A DNA stretch of 64,000 nt from a virus. Numbering within the stretch: position 1 is the first letter of the stretch; each line of letters opens with the position of its first letter. Shown piece after piece: positions 23,582-33,026 of this stretch. The DNA lies in IMG/VR virus record IMGVR_UViG_3300045988_004573, positions 1 to 64,000 of that record; one strand, given 5' to 3'. Below the pieces are notes generated by a model. It saw only the letters and a list, made by a program, of their open reading frames with translations. It was not told the DNA's origin and made no database searches. Position numbers and translations under genes: made by a program.

Positions 23582-23772
23582 AGAAAGGTCTTATACTAGT
23601 AGTATGGTTCGTGGTGTTTATGGCTTTGCTGACAGGCTCATTGAGTCTTATATCAGCACCTAACACTATAGAGAACTTGCTAGGAGTAGTGGTACTAGCT
23701 GGTACTGTGGCTCTTAGTATTAAAACAAAGTGTTTAACAAACTTAATAATTGAAAGGAAACATGAGAAGTAA
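23578..23772 (+). CDS. small membrane protein
   Basis: 64 aa with two TM helices. Confidence 0.45.
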   Translation: MKKGLILVVWFVVFMALLTGSLSLISAPNTIENLLGVVVLAGTVALSIKTKCLTNLIIERKHEK

Positions 23773-24547
23773 GATTATGGGCTTTGTGTTAGCCCTGTTT
23801 GCAGTAGTCTCCATGACATCATGTATGGAGAAGGTAGATGCAGGTTGTGAAGGCATCAAGGTGAACTTGTATGGTAGTGACAAGGGAGTAGATGATGCTT
23901 CCTTGGTAACTGGTATTGTATGGTACAATCCTTGGACCACTACAGTATATGAGTACCCTACCTATGTACAGACTATTGACTATGAGCCATTTACAATCAA
24001 TGCTAAGGATGGTTCAGAGTTCACTGTAGACCCTACTGTATCATTGAAGATTATAGATGGTAAATCACCTGCTGTCTTCAAGAAATACAGGAAAGAGTTG
24101 AATGAGGTAATCAAGGGTACTCTGTATAACTATGTGAAGGATGCCTTTAGAATCCAGTTGAACAAGTTCACCACTGATGATATTGTAAGTAAGAGGGATA
24201 GTATTGAAAATGCCATTGAGAGATACTTGACCCAAGCACTTGCCAAAGAGAACTTCCAATTGGAACAACTCACTTCTGGATTGAAATATCCTCAAACCAT
24301 TGTAGAGTCTGTGAATGCTAAGAACAAGGCTATTCAACAAGCTATGCAAGTAGAGAATGAGGTAAAAGTAGCAGAAGCCCAAGCCAAGAAGCTCATTGTA
24401 GCTGCTGAGGCAGAGAAGAAAGCCAATGAATTAAGGCAACAGGCTCTCACTCCAGCTATCCTTGAGAAGATGTGGATTGAGAAGTGGGATGGCAAACTCC
24501 CTGTGTATGGTCAAGTGCCTACTATATTCAAAGACATCAGTAAGTAA
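23762..24547 (+). CDS. SPFH/Band-7 (prohibitin-like) lipoprotein
   Basis: signal peptide with lipobox VSMTSC; SPFH-like body and a C-terminal AEAQAKKLIVAAEAEKKANEL coiled coil; start trimmed from the TTG at 23750. Confidence 0.6.
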   Translation: MRSKIMGFVLALFAVVSMTSCMEKVDAGCEGIKVNLYGSDKGVDDASLVTGIVWYNPWTTTVYEYPTYVQTIDYEPFTINAKDGSEFTVDPTVSLKIIDGKSPAVFKKYRKELNEVIKGTLYNYVKDAFRIQLNKFTTDDIVSKRDSIENAIERYLTQALAKENFQLEQLTSGLKYPQTIVESVNAKNKAIQQAMQVENEVKVAEAQAKKLIVAAEAEKKANELRQQALTPAILEKMWIEKWDGKLPVYGQVPTIFKDISK

Positions 24548-24550
24548 GCT

Positions 24551-24871
24551 ATGGGATGGATTATATTAGGTATAGTGTTCCTTGTGGTGACTATATGGTC
24601 ACTCAAGGGCACTACCATCGCTGAGTACCACTATAAGAACAGAGTGGATGAGTACCATGTTCCTGTATGGATTCTGCTTATAGCTTTTGTAATCTACTGT
24701 ATTCCTATTATGGGTATATTGGCATTCATAGCATATCATATATGGTTCTTTGTGCTTGCCAGTAGGAAACCGCATAATGACTATGAGTACTGGATTATAG
24801 AACTATCAAGCAAGAACACACTACACAGGATTCTTGGTGCTGTAGTAAGTGTACTTAACAAAACAATCTAG
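24551..24871 (+). CDS. membrane protein (possible SPFH partner)
   Basis: 106 aa with 3 TM helices, immediately downstream of the SPFH gene. Confidence 0.5.
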   Translation: MGWIILGIVFLVVTIWSLKGTTIAEYHYKNRVDEYHVPVWILLIAFVIYCIPIMGILAFIAYHIWFFVLASRKPHNDYEYWIIELSSKNTLHRILGAVVSVLNKTI

Positions 24872-24872
24872 T

Positions 24873-25343
24873 ATGAAACAGAAGATATTTAACTATATAC
24901 TGCTGTCTTGGATGGTAGTCCTCACAGGATATACTATCATAGAGAGTAGGAAAGCTCCTCCTGATGTTGAGTTTGAGTTAAAGCTCAATGATAGGGAGAT
25001 TATGAAAGACTTGGAAGCTAATGTTACCAATATGCTTGCAGTGTGTGAATACTATGATGTAAAACATCCTAGGATAGTCACAGCTCAAGCCATACTTGAG
25101 TCTGATAACTTTGAGTCTGAGTTATTCAAGGAGTATAATAATCCCTTTGGTCTTTACAACAGTAAGAAGAAGGATTACTTCAAGTTCAAGCATTGGACAG
25201 ATGCTGTAGCAGCCTATATCTCTATGGTAGAGCATAGGTATGCTGGAGGTGATTATTATAGATTCCTTGAGGAGCTTCCCTATGCCCAAGATAGTAGATA
25301 TATAGATAAAGTCAGAATAATAGAAAGTAATTTACCTCCGTAG
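24873..25343 (+). CDS. membrane-anchored glucosaminidase-like peptidoglycan hydrolase
   Basis: TM anchor then AQAILESDNFESELFKEYNNPFGL (FlgJ/glucosaminidase-like); start trimmed from the GTG at 24849. Confidence 0.6.
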   Translation: MKQKIFNYILLSWMVVLTGYTIIESRKAPPDVEFELKLNDREIMKDLEANVTNMLAVCEYYDVKHPRIVTAQAILESDNFESELFKEYNNPFGLYNSKKKDYFKFKHWTDAVAAYISMVEHRYAGGDYYRFLEELPYAQDSRYIDKVRIIESNLPP

Positions 25344-25345
25344 AT

Positions 25346-26530
25346 ATGAATAGAGAAGATGCAAGAGAAGAGATATTGAGATTGACCAATAAGGCAATAC
25401 TCTTGGAACTCCCAACTGGTTATGGTAAGTCATTGATGGGTATGGACTTATGCTTGAGAGACAATCCTCACAGCATTCTTATAGTAGTACCCAGAGTTGT
25501 TCTTATACAGAACTGGAAGGATGAGTTTAAGAAGTGGGGAAATGATGAGTACCTAGACAGAGTTACATTCAGTACTTATGCTGGGTTACACAAAGTTCCT
25601 GATATTCGAGGACACTTTAACTGTGTCATATTGGATGAAGCTCATCACATAACTCCTAGAGTTCAGGATTTGCTTACCTATATAACATATGACAAGATAA
25701 TCATGTTGTCAGCTACAGTCAAGAGAGACCTCAAGTATGACTTGAAGGATATGTTTCCTGACCTATATTGTTATAAGGTGAACATGAAGGAAGCCATAGA
25801 GAATGAAGTCCTTCCTGACCCTATGGTCTATCTGTTACCTCTTACTCTTGATAGCAGATATAATTCAGAGAAGATAGTGAAGCACAGTAGTGGTAAAACC
25901 TCAGTGACTTGCTCCTATAAGGATAGATGGAACTACCTGAGAAACAAGAACATCAAGTTGACTATTGAGTGTACTCAGCTCCAGAAGAGTGTTGAATTGG
26001 ATAATGAGATAAACTTCTGGAAGGATAAGTACATGAGAACTAGGAATGAGATATTCAAGAACAAATGGTTACATCTTGCAGGTCAGAGGTTGAAGTGGTT
26101 ATCAAACCTAAAGAACCCTATTGTGCTTAGTCTATTGGCTCTATTCAGGAATGAGAGAGTATTGACTTTCTGTAACTCCATAGACCAGACCATTGAACTG
26201 GGTAGGAACTGTATCAACAGTAAGAACAAGAATGCAGTGAAAGTGCTTGAATCCTTTAATAAGGGAGAGATAAGGCACATCACAGCTTGTAATATGCTCA
26301 ATGAGGGTATGAACTTGTCTAACTGTAGGATAGGTATATATGCCAATCTCAATAGTTCTGAGATAATCATCAAGCAAAGGCTTGGTAGAATACTTAGGCA
26401 TAAGAACCCAGTGATAGTGATACCTTTCTATAAGGGTACTAGGGAAGAGGAGTTAGTTGCTAAGATGCTTGAGGACTACAATCCTCAACTGATTCGTACA
26501 GTAGAAAACATAACTGACATAAAGATATGA
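25346..26530 (+). CDS. SF2 (DEAH/SNF2-like) helicase
   Basis: motif I LPTGYGKS, motif II ILDEAHH, motif III LSAT, motif VI QRLGRILRH. Confidence 0.75.
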   Translation: MNREDAREEILRLTNKAILLELPTGYGKSLMGMDLCLRDNPHSILIVVPRVVLIQNWKDEFKKWGNDEYLDRVTFSTYAGLHKVPDIRGHFNCVILDEAHHITPRVQDLLTYITYDKIIMLSATVKRDLKYDLKDMFPDLYCYKVNMKEAIENEVLPDPMVYLLPLTLDSRYNSEKIVKHSSGKTSVTCSYKDRWNYLRNKNIKLTIECTQLQKSVELDNEINFWKDKYMRTRNEIFKNKWLHLAGQRLKWLSNLKNPIVLSLLALFRNERVLTFCNSIDQTIELGRNCINSKNKNAVKVLESFNKGEIRHITACNMLNEGMNLSNCRIGIYANLNSSEIIIKQRLGRILRHKNPVIVIPFYKGTREEELVAKMLEDYNPQLIRTVENITDIKI

Positions 26531-26928
26531 GAAACAGAGTTTTAATTACGGAGTCCACTTTCCATGTGGATGAGGCAAACAAGGTAGTGGTATGCACACT
26601 TGAGTGTGATATGCAGCTTCACAAGCATCCTGCTTGGAATGCTATTGACTGTGATATGCTCAAGAAGCTTCCCTATGTAGATTGTCATGGTAGATTTACT
26701 ACCAAGGCTAAGGCAAGATGCAATGCCACTGACACATTTGATGTTGAGACTGGTAAGATGATTGCTGAGAGCAGAGCTAAAGCCAAGATGTTCAGCACCT
26801 CAAGCAAGGTGTACAAGCTTTGTTCAAGTGCCTTGGCTAAACTGGCAAAGGAATGTAGTAACTCATCTGTAGCTTGTGAGCAGGCTATGATGATTGAGAA
26901 TGACCATGTTCTTGAATTAACTAGGTAA
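26527..26928 (+). CDS. hypothetical protein
   Basis: 133-aa ORF with 4-nt overlap. Confidence 0.5.
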   Translation: MRNRVLITESTFHVDEANKVVVCTLECDMQLHKHPAWNAIDCDMLKKLPYVDCHGRFTTKAKARCNATDTFDVETGKMIAESRAKAKMFSTSSKVYKLCSSALAKLAKECSNSSVACEQAMMIENDHVLELTR

Positions 26929-26931
26929 GGT

Positions 26932-27528
26932 ATGACAATAAGCATAAATGAGTCTATCTGTAAGAAGAATAAGTTAAGCCTAGCAGAGTTGCTATCTATT
27001 CTTCTTATTAAGACTGGTGCTGACATACCTAAGTTATTCAAGAGCCTTGAAGAGAAAGAAGTTATAGTCAAGGATGTATTTGGAGGTTATATGATAACCC
27101 AGAGATGGGATGATGTAGCTTCCACTATACTCCTTGATTCTGACAAGGACAGTCAGCCATCAGAAAGACTTGAGAACTTGGCTGTACAACTGGCTGAAAT
27201 ATTCCCTAAAGAGAAGAAGGCAGGTACTTGCCACTATTTCAGAGGTAATAAGAAAGACACCATACTTCGATTGAAGAAGTTCTTCAAGAGATATGGTAAT
27301 AAGTTCACAGATGAGCAGATACTGGAAGCTGCTAGAAGCTATGTAGCTTCTTTCAATGGTAACTACCACTATATGAGGGTATTAAAGTACTTTATATGGA
27401 AGGATGCCAAGAAGGAAGATGCAGATGGTAATCTGTATGTGGATGAGACATCTGACTTAGCAACCCTGATTGAGAATGCAGGTGCTATTGACTCCATTAA
27501 AGAAGATTGGACAACTAGCTTGAACTGA
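26932..27528 (+). CDS. hypothetical protein
   Basis: 198-aa ORF. Confidence 0.5.
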   Translation: MTISINESICKKNKLSLAELLSILLIKTGADIPKLFKSLEEKEVIVKDVFGGYMITQRWDDVASTILLDSDKDSQPSERLENLAVQLAEIFPKEKKAGTCHYFRGNKKDTILRLKKFFKRYGNKFTDEQILEAARSYVASFNGNYHYMRVLKYFIWKDAKKEDADGNLYVDETSDLATLIENAGAIDSIKEDWTTSLN

Positions 27529-27529
27529 T

Positions 27530-28753
27530 ATGGATGTATTTGACAGGTCAATAGAGAAGCTCAAGGTCAGGAGACAAAGGATATTGGATGGACAGATTAA
27601 CTGTATTCCATTACCTTTCCCTAGATTGAGAACCTGGTTGCCAGGTATTGAAAAGAGAAGATATACCATAATTTCCGCAAATCAAAAAATCGGAAAGTCT
27701 AAGTTATCAGATTATCTGTATGTCTATGAGCCTTTCTTCTATATGATAGAGCATCCTGACCAATTAAGGTTCAAGGTGCTTTACTTCACTCTTGAAATGG
27801 GTAAGGAAGAGAAGTTCTATGAGTTTCTCTGCCACCTGTTATATAGGTTGGATAACATAAGGATAAGTCCTACCAACCTTAAGAGTACCAATGCTGACAA
27901 TCCTTGTCCTGAGCATATACTTGAACTCATTGAGAGTGAGAGGTATCAGGAGTATATAAGGAAGTTCAAGGAGACTGTCATCTATATAGATGATATAAGG
28001 AATCCTACTGGTATCTATAAGAGAATCAGAGGGTTTATGCTTGAAAGAGGTCAGTTCCACTATAAGAAAGGTACTGTTAAGGATGAGAATGGTCTACCTA
28101 TGGAGGTAGATGTCATTGATTACTTTGAACATGCTGATGAAGATGAGTATATAGAAGTAATCCTTGATAACTATTCCAACCTCATGCAAGAGCAAGGTAT
28201 GGATAAGAGAGCTACCATTGAGAAGATGAGTAAGTATGCCATTGAACTCAGAGATAAGTTTGATATTCATTTCTGTGCTATCCAGCATCAAGCCCAAGCT
28301 CAAGAAGGTATTGAGAATCAGAAGCTCAATAAGCTATATCCATCATCAGATGGTCTGGCTGACTGTAAGACTACCACTAGAGATGCTAATCTGGTATTAG
28401 GTCTGTTCAGTCCTTTCAAGTATGGTCTCACAGAGTATGAGAAGTATGACATAACCAGATTCAAGAATAACATCAGGTTCTTGTTAGTCATTGAAGACAG
28501 AGACAATGGTGCAGGTGGTCAGGTATGTCCATTACTCTTTGATGGTGAGGTAAGTAGCTTCTGTGAATTACCTCTTCCTGACAATAAGAGGGAGATTGAG
28601 TCAGCACTACAGTATGTAGAGCAAGTCATAAGAAGGAGGGCTACTCCAGTATTTATGATGTTCACAAGAGAGTTCTCAAGAGAGAAAAGAAAAGTAGTTA
28701 AAGGCTTGCATAGGTGGTTCAATAGAAGTATCTTTGCAAGCAGAAACAAGTAA
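27530..28753 (+). CDS. DnaB/gp4-like (SF4) replicative helicase
   Basis: Walker A ISANQKIGKS, Walker B-like EVILDNYSNL, RecA-like core CAIQHQAQAQ. Confidence 0.7.
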   Translation: MDVFDRSIEKLKVRRQRILDGQINCIPLPFPRLRTWLPGIEKRRYTIISANQKIGKSKLSDYLYVYEPFFYMIEHPDQLRFKVLYFTLEMGKEEKFYEFLCHLLYRLDNIRISPTNLKSTNADNPCPEHILELIESERYQEYIRKFKETVIYIDDIRNPTGIYKRIRGFMLERGQFHYKKGTVKDENGLPMEVDVIDYFEHADEDEYIEVILDNYSNLMQEQGMDKRATIEKMSKYAIELRDKFDIHFCAIQHQAQAQEGIENQKLNKLYPSSDGLADCKTTTRDANLVLGLFSPFKYGLTEYEKYDITRFKNNIRFLLVIEDRDNGAGGQVCPLLFDGEVSSFCELPLPDNKREIESALQYVEQVIRRRATPVFMMFTREFSREKRKVVKGLHRWFNRSIFASRNK

Positions 28754-28759
28754 AGTAAT

Positions 28760-29500
28760 ATGGCAAAAGCATTGATTCTAGCTAAGACTGGGTTTGGTAA
28801 ATCCAGTTCATTGGTTGGTGTACCCTCAGCAGGTATATTGGGCTTAGACCCTAAGGAGACTTATCTTCTTAGTTGTGTCAATAAGCCTCTGCCTATCAAG
28901 GGTGCATCGAAGATTTATGTACCTGTACCTATGCAGGGAGTAACTCCAGCGAACCTAGGTTCAGTTATAGGTAAAGGTAACAGGATTATCACCAAAGATG
29001 CCAAGATTGTAGCTGCTGCTATAGAGCTGTTAATCAATTCACCCTTCAAGAACATAGTGGTTGATGATATGAACTATCTATCACAGGACTACTATATGAA
29101 GAATGCCATGAAAGGTGGTTGGGACACTCCTAAGCAGATAGGTTACAACATGGGTCTTATCTTTGACCAGATTGACAATGTGCCAGAGGATAAGAACATT
29201 ATCTGTATGGCTCACTTTGAGACCTATAAGGATAAGAATGGTGACTCTATCTCTTACAAGTACAAATCAACTGGTAACATGGTTGATGAGTACATTACCC
29301 CAGAAGGTAAGTTTGAGACAGTACTCTTTGGAAAGATGTCTTGGGATGACACAGCTAAGGTAGCTGTAAGGCAGTTTGTAACCAATAATGATGGTGAATA
29401 TCCTGCCAAGAGTCCTGTTGGTATGTTTGAATCCCTGTATATTCCTAATGACTTGGGTATAGTAGCTCAGAAGATGCAGGAGTATTATGAGGGAGAATGA
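28760..29500 (+). CDS. RecA-fold ATPase (AAA_24/Sak4-like)
   Basis: Walker A AKTGFGKSS near the N-terminus, Walker B IVVDDMNY. Confidence 0.6.
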   Translation: MAKALILAKTGFGKSSSLVGVPSAGILGLDPKETYLLSCVNKPLPIKGASKIYVPVPMQGVTPANLGSVIGKGNRIITKDAKIVAAAIELLINSPFKNIVVDDMNYLSQDYYMKNAMKGGWDTPKQIGYNMGLIFDQIDNVPEDKNIICMAHFETYKDKNGDSISYKYKSTGNMVDEYITPEGKFETVLFGKMSWDDTAKVAVRQFVTNNDGEYPAKSPVGMFESLYIPNDLGIVAQKMQEYYEGE

Positions 29501-29781
29501 CCAGAGAGGATGTAATCAGGTTAAGCTACGCAGCTAGCAATGGCAACCTGAGCGGTAGTGATGCGAGTACATTGCTACTATCATACTGCTTGGAGAATGG
29601 GAAACCTTATATGGAAAGTACAATGTTTGTAATAGGCTTGGGCAAGATGCCTGAGCTTCTTGCTTATTGTATATCCTATGCTCTTGGATGGTATGAGAGA
29701 AAATATGCCATAAATAAGCTGTATTCAGCACCTAATCCTATGGCATTAGGTGATGGGAGAAGAATAATCTTAATATATTAA
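29497..29781 (+). CDS. hypothetical protein
   Basis: 94-aa ORF with 4-nt overlap. Confidence 0.45.
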   Translation: MTREDVIRLSYAASNGNLSGSDASTLLLSYCLENGKPYMESTMFVIGLGKMPELLAYCISYALGWYERKYAINKLYSAPNPMALGDGRRIILIY

Positions 29782-29786
29782 GTAAA

Positions 29787-30230
29787 ATGAAAGAGTTAAG
29801 CAAATTTGAGATTGCAGCCATCAAGAGGACTGCACAGAATGTGAATGCAATGGTCACTAAGAAGACCAAGCTGAAAGAGAAGATTGATGCACTTCAAGCT
29901 GAGTATGACCAGATTGAAGAGGCACAGGAGCAGTTTGAAGCACCCATCAGAAAGATGACTGGTGGTTATGGTACTGAGGACCTCGTAGTGAAGGTGACTG
30001 AGGACACTGGCAAGCCAGCTAAGTATGTCTTGAAGTACCCTGACACTATTCTTCCTCCTACTATGGATAATGGTGATGGTGTAGTGGATGACACTGAGAA
30101 AGCTCCTGAGGTTGAAGTACCTGCTGAGGATGCAGTTGCTATTGACCCTACAGTAGAATCTCCTCTTGCTCCTGCTATGGAGAACAAAGAGCATGGTACA
30201 GACTCCAGTGACCTTCCCTTTATGAACTAA
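29787..30230 (+). CDS. hypothetical protein (coiled coil + acidic tail)
   Basis: 147-aa ORF. Confidence 0.5.
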   Translation: MKELSKFEIAAIKRTAQNVNAMVTKKTKLKEKIDALQAEYDQIEEAQEQFEAPIRKMTGGYGTEDLVVKVTEDTGKPAKYVLKYPDTILPPTMDNGDGVVDDTEKAPEVEVPAEDAVAIDPTVESPLAPAMENKEHGTDSSDLPFMN

Positions 30231-30250
30231 TCAAACAAAAGTAAATAAGT

Positions 30251-31195
30251 ATGAAAGAACATAATGTAGTATTTATGGCATTTGCACAGGGCAGTGAGTC
30301 TAAGGAAGTTGTAAGAAAGCTGTACATTGGTATAGCTCCTGTCTTTGTGCTGGCTGTCAATCCTAATAAGGAAGAGACAGAGAAGCTCTATAACACAGAG
30401 CTTGATGAAGCTCCTAACTATCTGAGTGAGGCTGAGGTTGGTCCAGAAGGTAATAAGTCTAAAGTACCTCAGGCTAGGATTGACTTTGTAGTCAAGTCAG
30501 ATAAGGAGAAGTGCAATGGAATTGAGATGCTCACCAGAGTAACTTTCTTCCTTAACAAGGCATATAGGTATAACAAGGACAACACCAAGGTTGAGGTAAT
30601 CAACAAGTATGGTGAGACTACTTGGTTGCCTATTGGTGCAGCTAAAGGTACTGAACCTATCCCTGACAACATGAAGTGGTATGATACTTCTGACATGAGA
30701 CCTGCTTATATTGGTGAGGCAGAGCTTACTGACTTCATCAAGAAGTATCTGAACATTCCCAACAAGTCATTCACTAACCCTAAGACTAAGGAGGTTAAGT
30801 TTATTCCTAACTTGGCTGATGCTGAGGCTAGACTTGACAAGATTGAGAACTACTTCAAGGGTGACTTCACTGAGTTGAAGAACATCATCAAGTTGCAGCC
30901 CAACAACAGGGTTAAGGGTATGTTTGGTGTAAGGACTACTGATGATAATAAGCAGTATCAGGCTGTTTATACTCAGAAGTTCCTGAAACTCAATGTTACA
31001 GACTACAGTAAACTTGATGAGGAAATGCAGAACAGAAAGGCTGCTGGGGCATATCCTACAACTGAGTTCAGCATTGAACCTCTGCATGAGTACAATGTAG
31101 CTGCAACTGATTTCAACTCACCTGAGAATGACCCATTGGGTGCAGGTTCAGCACCTGCTAGTACCCCTTGGGATGCTTGGGGCGGTAACAAGTAA
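30251..31195 (+). CDS. hypothetical protein, possibly ssDNA-binding
   Basis: 314 aa between the ATPase and primase genes, with a flexible G/A/P/W-rich C-tail; function is a positional guess only. Confidence 0.45.
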   Translation: MKEHNVVFMAFAQGSESKEVVRKLYIGIAPVFVLAVNPNKEETEKLYNTELDEAPNYLSEAEVGPEGNKSKVPQARIDFVVKSDKEKCNGIEMLTRVTFFLNKAYRYNKDNTKVEVINKYGETTWLPIGAAKGTEPIPDNMKWYDTSDMRPAYIGEAELTDFIKKYLNIPNKSFTNPKTKEVKFIPNLADAEARLDKIENYFKGDFTELKNIIKLQPNNRVKGMFGVRTTDDNKQYQAVYTQKFLKLNVTDYSKLDEEMQNRKAAGAYPTTEFSIEPLHEYNVAATDFNSPENDPLGAGSAPASTPWDAWGGNK

Positions 31196-31216
31196 TAACT
31201 TTTTAAACTATTAGAC

Positions 31217-32218
31217 ATGGCATTTGCATCTGGAGAACATAGCATTACCCTAGAAGATGTCCTAGCAAGAACTACGGAATTTGACATACTATACCATTAT
31301 TTCAATGTAAGTGAACTGCCTACTATAATACATTCACCTTTGAGGCAGGACAACAGACCTTCATTTGGTCTATATACATTAGATGGTAAGAGGGTACATT
31401 ACACTGACTTAGCTACTAAGGATAGAGGTGGACTGTTTGATTTGCTTATGAAGTATTGGGGGGAGAGTTACAAAGATATGCTTAATCATCTTTGGGAGGA
31501 CTTACCCAATTTCTCCAATGCCAATGTCCAGTTTAATAGTGTGAAGAGTGAGAGGTCTTACCAGTACCAGTCTCTCAAGTCAAGGAACATAGACCTTCAA
31601 TGTAAGGTCAGAGAGTGGAGGGATTATGATTTAGAATACTGGGCTTCTTATGGTATATCACTAGAGTGGCTCAAGTATGCTGACATATATCCCATATCGC
31701 ATAAGATTGTAATTAGGGATGGTCAGAGATATGTATTTGGAGCTGACAAGTATGCCTATGCCTATGTAGAGAGGAAAGAGGGTAAAGTAACCCTCAAGAT
31801 ATACCAGCCTTATAATAAAGGTGGGTATAAGTGGAGCAACAGGCATGACAGGAGTGTCATATCACTATGGACTAAAGTACCTGAGTATGGAGATAAAATC
31901 TGCATATGCTCATCCATGAAGGATGCCTTGTGCTTATGGGCTAACACAGGAATACCAGCACTAGCTATTCAAGGTGAAGGCTATGGTATGAGTGATACTG
32001 CTATTGGTGAACTCAAAAGGAGGTATAGCAAGATATACATTCTCCTAGACAATGATGAAGCTGGACTGCAAGATGCAGTGAAACTGTCAGAGTCTACTGG
32101 GTTCACCAATATAGTATTACCCAAAGTGAATGATGCTAAAGACATCAGTGACTTATACAAATCTCTTCAAGACCCTAATAGGTTTAGGGGTATTATCATG
32201 CCCTTATTTAAGGACTAA
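31217..32218 (+). CDS. TOPRIM-domain DNA primase
   Basis: ICICSSMKDALCLW and ILLDNDEAG (DxD) TOPRIM signatures. Confidence 0.65.
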   Translation: MAFASGEHSITLEDVLARTTEFDILYHYFNVSELPTIIHSPLRQDNRPSFGLYTLDGKRVHYTDLATKDRGGLFDLLMKYWGESYKDMLNHLWEDLPNFSNANVQFNSVKSERSYQYQSLKSRNIDLQCKVREWRDYDLEYWASYGISLEWLKYADIYPISHKIVIRDGQRYVFGADKYAYAYVERKEGKVTLKIYQPYNKGGYKWSNRHDRSVISLWTKVPEYGDKICICSSMKDALCLWANTGIPALAIQGEGYGMSDTAIGELKRRYSKIYILLDNDEAGLQDAVKLSESTGFTNIVLPKVNDAKDISDLYKSLQDPNRFRGIIMPLFKD

Positions 32219-32270
32219 GATTGTTTTAGGATAACATTAACAAAAGTTTTAACATTTAACATTTCAAATT

Positions 32271-32957
32271 ATGGAAACTCGTAAAGTAACTATCATCAAT
32301 TCCAAGACCCAGAGCCAGAAGGTAATTCAGGACTCTAAGGCTACAACTCTCGGTGAACTCAAACAGGAAATGAGGGAGAGAGGTATTGACTACACAGGCA
32401 TGACTTTCTTTGAAGGTCACATGAGAGCTGAACTCAAGGATGATGCAGCTCCTCTGCCTACCAACATCCCCTATAAGGGTCAGGTAGTCAATGACTTGAC
32501 ATTCATGTTGACTGCACCTGAGAAGAAGGTTAAGTCTGGTGCTATGTCAAGAGCAGAAGCCTATGCAGAAATCAAGAAGAGAGGCTTGCAGGGTGCTTGT
32601 GTGGATAAGTTCGGTAAGAACTTCACACAGTGTTCCACTGCTGACCTCATCTCTCTGATTGAGAAGAACTCTACCAAGGCAGCTCCTGCACCTAAAGCTG
32701 AGAAGCCTGTAGAAGTAGCAGCTCCTACTGCTCCTGCAAAGGCAGAGGAAGCTCCTGTAGCACCTGAAACTCCTGCCACTGGATGTAACTGTTCAAAGGC
32801 TCTTGCTATCCTCACAGAGGCTCTCTATGAGAATGACACCATTGAGGAGGGGACCTATGATGCAGTCATGGCTACTCTCAAAGGTGGTTCTTACAATGCA
32901 CCTGAGAAGATGAACAAGAGGGAGATTGATGAGATGTTTGGCTTTGTTGAAAGATAA
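32271..32957 (+). CDS. candidate ubiquitin-like (beta-grasp) protein with HeH/SAP-like middle and a LKGG motif near the C-terminus
   Basis: N-terminal KVTIINSK..QKVIQDSKATTLGELKQEMRERGIDYTGMTFFEG...LTFMLTA has a beta-grasp-like strand/helix pattern; P/A-rich linker; ATLKGG at 32877-32888 followed by a 22-aa tail. Confidence 0.45.
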   Translation: METRKVTIINSKTQSQKVIQDSKATTLGELKQEMRERGIDYTGMTFFEGHMRAELKDDAAPLPTNIPYKGQVVNDLTFMLTAPEKKVKSGAMSRAEAYAEIKKRGLQGACVDKFGKNFTQCSTADLISLIEKNSTKAAPAPKAEKPVEVAAPTAPAKAEEAPVAPETPATGCNCSKALAILTEALYENDTIEEGTYDAVMATLKGGSYNAPEKMNKREIDEMFGFVER

Positions 32958-32976
32958 GGTCAGATTGAACAACACA

Positions 32977-33017
32977 GGTGGAGGGTGAGTAGTATGCTTG
33001 CCCTTCACCTTTTTTTT
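32977..33017 (+). terminator. rho-independent terminator
   Basis: 9-bp stem GGTGGAGGG/CCCTTCACC, 15-nt loop, then T8. Confidence 0.7.
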
Positions 33018-33026
33018 ATACACAGT

